A DNA stretch of 64,000 nt from the human T2T-CHM13v2.0 reference genome, Homo sapiens: contig CP068257.2 in NCBI GenBank assembly GCA_009914755.4, positions 31,776,001-31,840,000 of the forward strand, given 5' to 3'. The translations under genes were made by a program, and so were the position numbers. Below, in pieces: positions 52,885 through 64,000 of the stretch. The notes under the pieces are model-generated. The model made no database searches and was not told the DNA's origin. It was given only the letters and a program-made list of their open reading frames with translations. Positions within the stretch are counted from its first letter, which is position 1. Every line of letters begins with the position of its first letter.

Positions 52885-53125
52885 AGCAAACAATACAGCA
52901 GCATGGTTAAGAGCTCCAAGTTTGAGCCAGACCCAGGTTTGAATCCTATCTATACCAATGACTAACTGTATGACCTTGGGCAAATTATTTAACCTCAGCA
53001 TATCTTCATTTCCTCACCTGTAAAACGGGCATTGTAATAGCACCTACTCCAGAGTGTAAGAATTAGATGAGTGACTCTATATAGTGCTTAGAACAGTATC
53101 TAGCCTATAAAGTAATATATAAAAG
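52885..53125 (+). mobile_element. MIR (near full length)
   Basis: gcatggttaagagctccaagtttgagccagacccaggtttgaatcctatctataccaatgactaactgtatgaccttgggcaaattatttaacctc...cacctgtaaaacgggcattgtaatagcacctactc...tagtgcttagaacagtatctagcctataaagtaatatat matches the MIR consensus throughout. Confidence 0.85.
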
Positions 53126-53247
53126 TTAGCTATTACTATGAATATTAATAGTTCAAGCAAATCTGTACAGTAAAAGATTTGAAACATGGCCTAGAAATGC
53201 TCTCTGAAATAAAGTCATATTCACTTTACAAATAGAAAAGTATATTT

Positions 53248-53612
<365 letters not shown>

Positions 53613-53633
53613 TTACTAGTTCTTTAAATATTA

Positions 53634-53948
<315 letters not shown>

Positions 53949-54506
53949 TCAACAATAGTAAAGCCTTTACAAACAATATTTCCCTACATACCTTACAGAA
54001 ATGGCAATTTATCCCTATTTTCACTATAGAAACTGTAAAGCTCATGGATCACTTCAACTGCTAAAGTAAATAAGCAGGAAGCCATTAACCTGAGGCTATC
54101 TCCCTACTCTGAGTTCCTGTGTGACCCCAACCCACCCCCCGGAACCTAACTTACGTAAACGAACTGAAACCTAGGGTTATATTTTTTAATAAATAGCTGA
54201 ATTTTAGTCAATCACAAACGGCTAAGCTTTAGCCAATCCCAAGCAGCCAACTGATGAGACCATGCACAAATAAGACAAACATATAGCTACAGACAATCTA
54301 AAAATTTCTTGTCTTTGCCTTGTGTTCAGCCTACAGCTGCTCATGCTGCTGGGTGAAGCTCTCCGAACCTCTTCTTGGTTTGCTCAAATTGCTAATTTAT
54401 CTAAAGTTTTTCTTTAACATAACTATGGAGACCTTTTAAGAAAATCAGTGACAGCAGCCCACCCTTCTTACAGTCAGGGATAAAATGAGTTTAAAACACA
54501 CTTTCC

Positions 54507-54893
<387 letters not shown>

Positions 54894-55651
54894 CTAATGG
54901 GTATGGCAGTGATAAAAATATTCTCAAATTGGATTGTGATGATGGTAGCATAATTCTGTGAAAATACTAAAAACACTGAACTGCATATTTTAAATGGCTG
55001 AATTATATGGTATGCAAATTATATCTCAATGAAGCTATCTTTAAAAAAGCATTTTCCTTCAGATATGCTTCATACCAGAATTATGTGCTCTAGTAGTATT
55101 TTTAATTAACTAAAAAACACATTTTAGATACAGTTGGTGACCAATGTTATTTAAGCCAACCACTGTCCTCTTGTAATCTGACTTATTTTGTATCAAGTGA
55201 AAGACAAAAGAAAAACAAAAGTATTCCAAAGATCTTATACTGATCAAACTATGAGACTTAAATGATACTATCAAAAGTATTCAAAAACCAGCTGTGAGTC
55301 AGGACAAGGAGATGTGACAGTTAAGCAAAGAAGGCTGACAAAGAGATTCCAGAGGTAGAGGAGTCAGAGGATGAATAAATTGCGTTCTCTGAAACTGACT
55401 CCTGTCTTAGGAGCAAAGGAAGAGGGCCAGTGAAACAGTCTTCCGACGCTTCCAGAGACATTTCTGAAACTGGGTTCTATTTTTCATCACTACTGTGAAT
55501 GAAAAGCTATGGCACCTGGCAGAGCCACAGATTTCAGCATGGTGTAATAAGAGCTCATCCCACTCCATCAGCTGTTTCTGTATGAAGAGTATACATATGT
55601 GTTCAGTCTTGCCCTTAAAAAACTCCCCCTGTACCCATGACTTAAAAATTA

Positions 55652-55959
<308 letters not shown>

Positions 55960-56604
55960 TTACAGGATTAGGTTGGAGAGAGAAGGTGTCAATGAAACGA
56001 AAGATTATCTACTGGCAATCCATAGATTATCAGATAAGGGGTCTATACCCCTTATCTGAAATCCCTGGGGCAAGATATATTTTGGGATTCAGAATTCTTC
56101 AGGTTTAAGAACAGTAAGGGAAAGCACATATACTACATAGCACCGCCAGCTGGGTATAGACAAGCACATCCTATAATCTAATATATCTATTTTCATTCCT
56201 ACAATAAAACATTTGAATACTTACACTAAATGGGATAAAGAAAATAGTGAGCTCCATGTCAGTTTAGGTCAGGTTTTGCTGCCAGACTAGTTATAAATAA
56301 CTTGATTTTCAGCATTTTGTGGATTTTAGAATTGTATATAAGGGAGTGTACACCTGTACTGGTTTCTCACTTTTTCTACTGCAACTCCCAGTAAATGGGC
56401 CTCTAGCATAAAATCCTGGCTGTCTAAGGTAAAGAAGGAAAGCAGAAAGTCTGGAGACAGCTGAGAGGTACCAGCTTTGTCAGTGGCTTGGATTTCCTAA
56501 CCAGGGCTATCCTACTGCACTAAGTGTTCCCACTGACAAGTTTTATTAAACTCATGTATCTTCACACAGAGCAGTATCTTCAATCTAAGTGAACAATTAT
56601 ACTA

Positions 56605-56850
<246 letters not shown>

Positions 56851-57797
56851 CTAGGAGCCCTGTTAGCCTAGTATATATTATGCATATCAAAGATAGTCAT
56901 ATATTTATATAAATCTGCTGTAAGTTAAATGAATGATGATTTAAAAAAAAAACACTAAAAGAAGTTAAACCATACATGGAAAAGGAAAAAAAGAAAGTTA
57001 CCTTTTTACTGACTAGAGAAACGAATGCCCTAATTAAAAAATTACACTGTTGTATATATTACCAAAATAATTGCTCTATTAAAAGTAGCACATGTATTCT
57101 GGATAGCCATCACCACATAGGAATGAGAGACTTCAAATGAAGAAGGACTAATATGTCCCTTTTTAATCAATGGTAAGCTTCTATAATCACACCATTATTC
57201 AATATGGTACAAATAACGGCCATTCTTTAGGAGTATATTCAGGCTTTTTTATTGCTGAGGCAGCCAATCTGTACCACATATTCATGAAAACTTCAAGATC
57301 AGAAGTATCTCTTCAACCCTGTATTGAACAAAATTCTAGATCTCGATAATGTAAATCATCTGGACACTTGAGTAGATTCAACATATTTTTAGGAAAGCAG
57401 GTTAATACTTGCACCAGATCCTGTTCACAGGTATACTGACAGCCCCATCAACCTCTGGAAGGGGAAGAAAGCTCCACTGAAGTAAAAATAAAATCCTAGC
57501 CAATTTCCATAACAGAAAACTAAATTTGCCTCAGTTGCAAATATTTTGTTACCAGGGAAAAGATTCATTTTAGACACCAGATAAGGAAGAAGCACTGATC
57601 AAAGTTCATAATGGTTAGAACAGCTGATATCTGAGAGAAATAGGTCTCTATATTATCTAAATTTTATTACAATACTAAGCAGATCTCCAGAAATAAACAG
57701 TAATGTTTAGTTCTTTGGAGAAATACAATCTCTAAATTATATTCAATCATAGCTTTTATCTAACGTGAATAAAAGGAACTATTAAAAATCCTTAAAG

Positions 57798-58091
<294 letters not shown>

Positions 58092-58799
58092 CCTTACAAT
58101 TATTTTCCATCATGTCCTTTATTTATGGCTATATACATTAAACTTTCTAATAGAATTAAACAAGAAAAAAATTTCTCTTGTAAAGTAAGTATGTCTGAGG
58201 GCATATTAACAAAAAGAGAAAAAAAAGAAAAAGAAGTATGCTTTTGTTTAGCAAAAAAATAAAACTGTAACATTTTCTCTTGTTTGCTTTGGCTACAAGG
58301 AAGCTCTGAGTTAAGGTTAATGAACAATTAAAAGCATCCATCTTGTCCCAGGTTCTAAGTACAATGATCATTTTTCTACCTAGTTCCTGTTCTTTTTTAT
58401 AGTTTTATTATTTAGCTGTTTCATTTATAGTATATTTATTATTTTGATACTTTCCTATTAATTCCTCCGGGAACTAAATAGAGATAGTTTACAGATAAAC
58501 CACTTAAGCAGTACAAAAGCTTAAGAGTAGCAATACCTGGGCATGACTATAAGACAGTTTGTCCTTAATTTTTGAAACACTAAACAGAAATTGCACTATA
58601 TGCACAATATAAAAATATAAACTGTACTGTTAATTTTAATAGAATAGGGAATATCATAGAATAAAATATAATAATCACTTAGGGTAAAAACGACAGGCTT
58701 GGGAACCAGACAGACCAAAGACAAATACAGGTTCCACTTTTAAGCTAAAAAACTTTGGATAAGTTACAGTGAAACTTCCTATAAAAAACAGATAATAGT

Positions 58800-58954
58800 G
58801 GCCAGGCACCGTGGCTTACACCGGTAATCCCAGCTACTCTGGAGGCTGAGAGGGGAGGATTGCTTGAGCCCAGGAGTTCAAGGCTTTTCTGCGTCATGAT
58901 CATGCCACTGCACTCTAGCCTGGGCGACAGAGCAAGACCTCGTCTCAAAAAAAG
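58800..58954 (+). mobile_element. Alu with an internal deletion of about 140 bp (left-arm start fused to right arm), with target-site duplication
   Basis: ggccaggcaccgtggcttacaccggtaatcccagctactctggaggctgagaggggaggattgcttgagcccaggagttcaagg...ccactgcactctagcctgggcgacagagcaagacctcgtctcaaaaaaa. Confidence 0.8.
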
Positions 58955-59277
58955 ATAATAGTAACATAATTCACAGCAATGTCCGTGGAATATTCTTGAA
59001 AGAAAAATGATGGAGTACATTATTGTATGCTCTACATACAACATCTTCACTTGCTAATATATATTTTTTCTTTACCTTCCCTCATTCCTGACATTACTGC
59101 TGAGGCTGACATACAGGATATGATGAAAAGTAAGCGCGATCGCATGCGCATACACACACATATTGTGCACTTTAAACTTAGGCTCATCTGTCATTTGTCA
59201 TTATACCCTCTCGCAAATTCTCCATGGATTCCAGTAGAAGTGAGGTTACAAAATCTACATCAGCATTTAAAGCATCA

Positions 59278-59638
<361 letters not shown>

Positions 59639-59873
59639 TTATTTGGTTTAAAAGGCTATGATACTTACTATATGATCCCATTTATATGAAATCATAGAAA
59701 AGGCAAAGCAACCATCATAGAAAGTAGATCAGTAGTGGCCAGGAGGTGAGGGGAAGAGTATTAACTATAAAAAGGGGTATGAGGGAACTTTTTGGGGCAA
59801 TGGAAATGTTCTGTATCATGATTGTAGTGGTAGTTACACAACTGTAACTGTACACATTTGATCAAGCTCATCA

Positions 59874-60215
<342 letters not shown>

Positions 60216-60329
60216 ATACATTAGTGAATTTTATTATACTTAAATTATATTCAATTAAGCTGACAAAAAGAAAAAATATACACGTGGTACCAAACCAGAC
60301 AAAGTGACCAAATGGTTCTAGATGGGAAA

Positions 60330-60473
60330 CAAGCACAGCATAGTGGCTAAAAGCATGGGCTCTGGAGCCAGACTGTCCGTGTTCAATCCTGGCTCCACCA
60401 CTTACTTGCTCTGTGACTTTGGACACATTATGTAAGCCCACTGTACCTTAATTTCTTCATATTATAATGTAAA
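60330..60473 (+). mobile_element. MIR fragment, 3'-truncated by the Alu at 60474
   Basis: gggctctggagccagactgtccgtgttcaatcctggctccaccacttacttgctctgtgactttggacacattatgtaagccc...cttaatttcttcatattataatgtaaat. Confidence 0.8.
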
Positions 60474-60776
<303 letters not shown>

Positions 60777-60800
60777 TAAATGTTTAAAAAACACAATTGG

Positions 60801-61105
60801 GCCGGGCTCGGTGGCTCACTCCTGTAATCCCAGCACTTTGGGAGGCCAAGGTGGGTGGATCACCTGAGGTCGGGAGTTCGAGACCAGCGTGATCAACATG
60901 GAGAAACCCCATCTCTACTAAAACTACAAAATTAGCCAAGCATGGTGGCGCATGCCTGAAATCCCAGCTCTCGGGAGGGTGAGGCAGGAGAATTGCTTGA
61001 ACCCAGGGGGTGGAGGTTGTGGTGAGCCAAAAACCCACCACTGCACTCCAGCCTGGGAAAGAAGAGCTAAACTCCGTCTCAAAAAAAAAAAAAAAAAAAA
61101 CAAAA
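60801..61105 (+). mobile_element. Alu SINE
   Basis: gggccgggctcggtggctcactcctgtaatcccagc... with a poly(A) tail of about 24 nt. Confidence 0.9.
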
Positions 61106-61617
61106 ATTGGATAACAATTCAAATGAATTCAAACTATAAAAACTAATTTATGTGTAGACAAATAGCATCTTTCTACTGAACAATTTTGTTGCAGTCTGTA
61201 GGTGGCTACTCAGGTGATCAGAAGTGAATGTAAAGACACTGTAGTCCTAGGTTTGATCCCCTAATGTGTTCATTACTTTCCTGTTAATAATCATAGTCAG
61301 CCATCTTGTAAGTAACATTATTGGTCAACAATTGGGATAATAATAAATCCATCATTAGCACTGGAGTCCAAGATCCATTTGAATAGCAACATTTTTTATC
61401 TATATCATGGGCAGTGTAACATGACAAAAACAGTAACTTCTAGCAATAACTTACTTTCTTAAGGATTTGAATAACACTAAAACTTTGTTTTAAAGCAAAT
61501 AAAAAATATTCTATATAATCATTACCAGTCTTGAATAAAGACTCACAAGAGAGGCTTTTTTTCTGGTGACAAATTTCTGTTTTGTCAACACCCATTAACA
61601 GCTCAAAGTATCTTTAC

Positions 61618-61685
61618 CTGTTCTTCCTAAACAGCCGCTTTCATAGCTATCACCTCTCACCTGAGCATTGGATACAGCATTTATC
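61618..61685 (-). CDS. TMEM50B: TMEM50B coding exon (M)[22 protein letters not shown](G)
   Basis: Reverse complement reads ttctag|g ata aat gct gta tcc aat gct cag gtg aga ggt gat agc tat gaa agc ggc tgt tta gga aga aca g|gtaaag. Confidence 0.88.
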
Positions 61686-62255
61686 CTAGAACGGCACAAA
61701 ATCATCAAATGAATTTCAGTATTCGCTGTTAAAATACTCAAATATTTATATAACACTTAGACGGAAAACAGATTATTTCATAACTAAAATCAGTATCTGA
61801 ATAATTTAACATATTTTTAACCTAATAAAAATGCTAGTTGATAGAAATGTTACATTAGTCTTATTTTCATAAAGTACACCCAGAAAACACATTTATTTTA
61901 AGAGATTTCTATCACTTCTCTCCAGAGATTATACAAGAGGGACCAGTTTTCTGGATTCTTTGTCTATTTCACATTTATACATGAATGACTCAGTGCTATC
62001 CCACTTCAAGGTTCTCATTATTATCAAGAGTTAAACAGTTTCTCTTTGTGTTAAAAGTCAAGTGATTTTCTATGATCCATTTCTTAAGCTCAGAGAAAAT
62101 GTAGCTTATGTATAATATGCCCACTTTATTCAGCTTCCCCTTCCATTTTTGTTAGAGCAAGGTACATTAATTAGTAACAGGAATTTCCTTTTTTTAGAAG
62201 CCACAATGGATATAAGTAGTTCCATTTTCCAAAATATAACCTTTTTAAAACTCCT

Positions 62256-62580
<325 letters not shown>

Positions 62581-63284
62581 TTAATGTTTAATATTTTTTA
62601 ATTGTTAAAAGACATCCATAAAAAGCTTCCAAGCTTTTTTATGAAATGAGGTAACATAAACTTAAAAATAATTTAATAAAAACAAAAGCCACAAACAAAT
62701 CTCTTTTGAGGCCAATCTTGCCTTTTCCTCAAACACTGGCAAACACAGTCAAGTAGCACATTAAAAAAAATAAAAATAATACTGCAAGGTAAAAGTTGAG
62801 TGTACTACAACACCTACGGGTGATTTACTACTAAAAAAATGCAGAAACGTAACATGTTTCATGAAATCTCAGAGCCATCAGTTTTAAGATACACCATTAA
62901 TTTTTAATACTGACAAGAAATAAAAATGTTATCAATTATAATTCTAAGATACCACTGACTGTAAGATGCATCCTGATATTCAGAGGTATTAAAATGCGAA
63001 AAAGTAGATCTTGCAACTGACAAAATATGTAACTGACCAGATTTAAAAATATGAGGAAAAAAAAAAATCACAAGATAATTGTTATAGGTGCTAAAAAGAT
63101 ATATGACCAAATCCAACACTCATTCTTGGTTAAAAAAAATCGTAATAAAATGGGAATTATGTATGTATCATGTTAAAAAATAGTCTATCAAATAAATTAA
63201 AAAGTTATTCAAGAAAGCACTGCACATTAACAGGAAAGTATTTTTAGAAAAATCACCTTGAATAGAGAATTATCTTCATACTTA

Positions 63285-63416
<132 letters not shown>

Positions 63417-63493
63417 TCACTGAAACATTAAAACTCTTGCTAGCACAATACCTGCTTTTTAACATTCCTTTTGTCCTACAGATCATATAAATG

Positions 63494-64000
<507 letters not shown>

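Overview
Human genomic DNA containing the IFNGR2 - TMEM50B convergent gene pair (chr21q22.11). This is eukaryotic sequence with no prokaryotic or CRISPR-like content, and I found no evidence of a novel biological system. I identified both genes from memory of their protein sequences, matching every exon with canonical splice phases; no search was run.

IFNGR2 (interferon gamma receptor 2) runs on the + strand:
- Coding exons 2-7 are at about 11.16k, 17.76k, 23.15k, 28.45k, 28.99k and 33.10k.
- The stop codon is at 33233-33235 and a polyadenylation signal at 33758-33763.
- Exon 1 and the start codon lie upstream of the window.
- Positions 1-600 are the 3' part of the promoter CpG island, running into intron 1.

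TMEM50B runs on the - strand, with its five 3'-most coding exons in the window:
- 63286-63388
- 61618-61685
- 56688-56780
- 52003-52060
- 47094-47139 (includes the stop codon)
Its 3'UTR runs toward about 45.4k (extent uncertain), and its 5' exons lie beyond 64000.

The rest is typical gene-dense, GC-rich human DNA:
- About 80 Alu copies or fragments, roughly one third of the window by my estimate.
- Many Alus are flanked by recognisable target-site duplications, and several are nested (Alu inside Alu, Alu inside MIR, Alu inside L1).
- Three MIR elements.
- An old L1 5' segment with ORF1 remnants at 47.5-50.1k.
- Several CA/GT/TA microsatellites.
- A tandem duplication of about 65 bp in IFNGR2 intron 1.
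- Most ORFs in the supplied track are translations of Alu sequence or GC-rich noise.

Points worth a second look:
- A GC-AG intron (IFNGR2 intron 4).
- The Gln64 codon, which I recall as the known Q64R polymorphic site.
- Antisense Alus lying very close to IFNGR2 splice sites.
- CpG-enriched non-repeat blocks inside IFNGR2 introns that could be regulatory.
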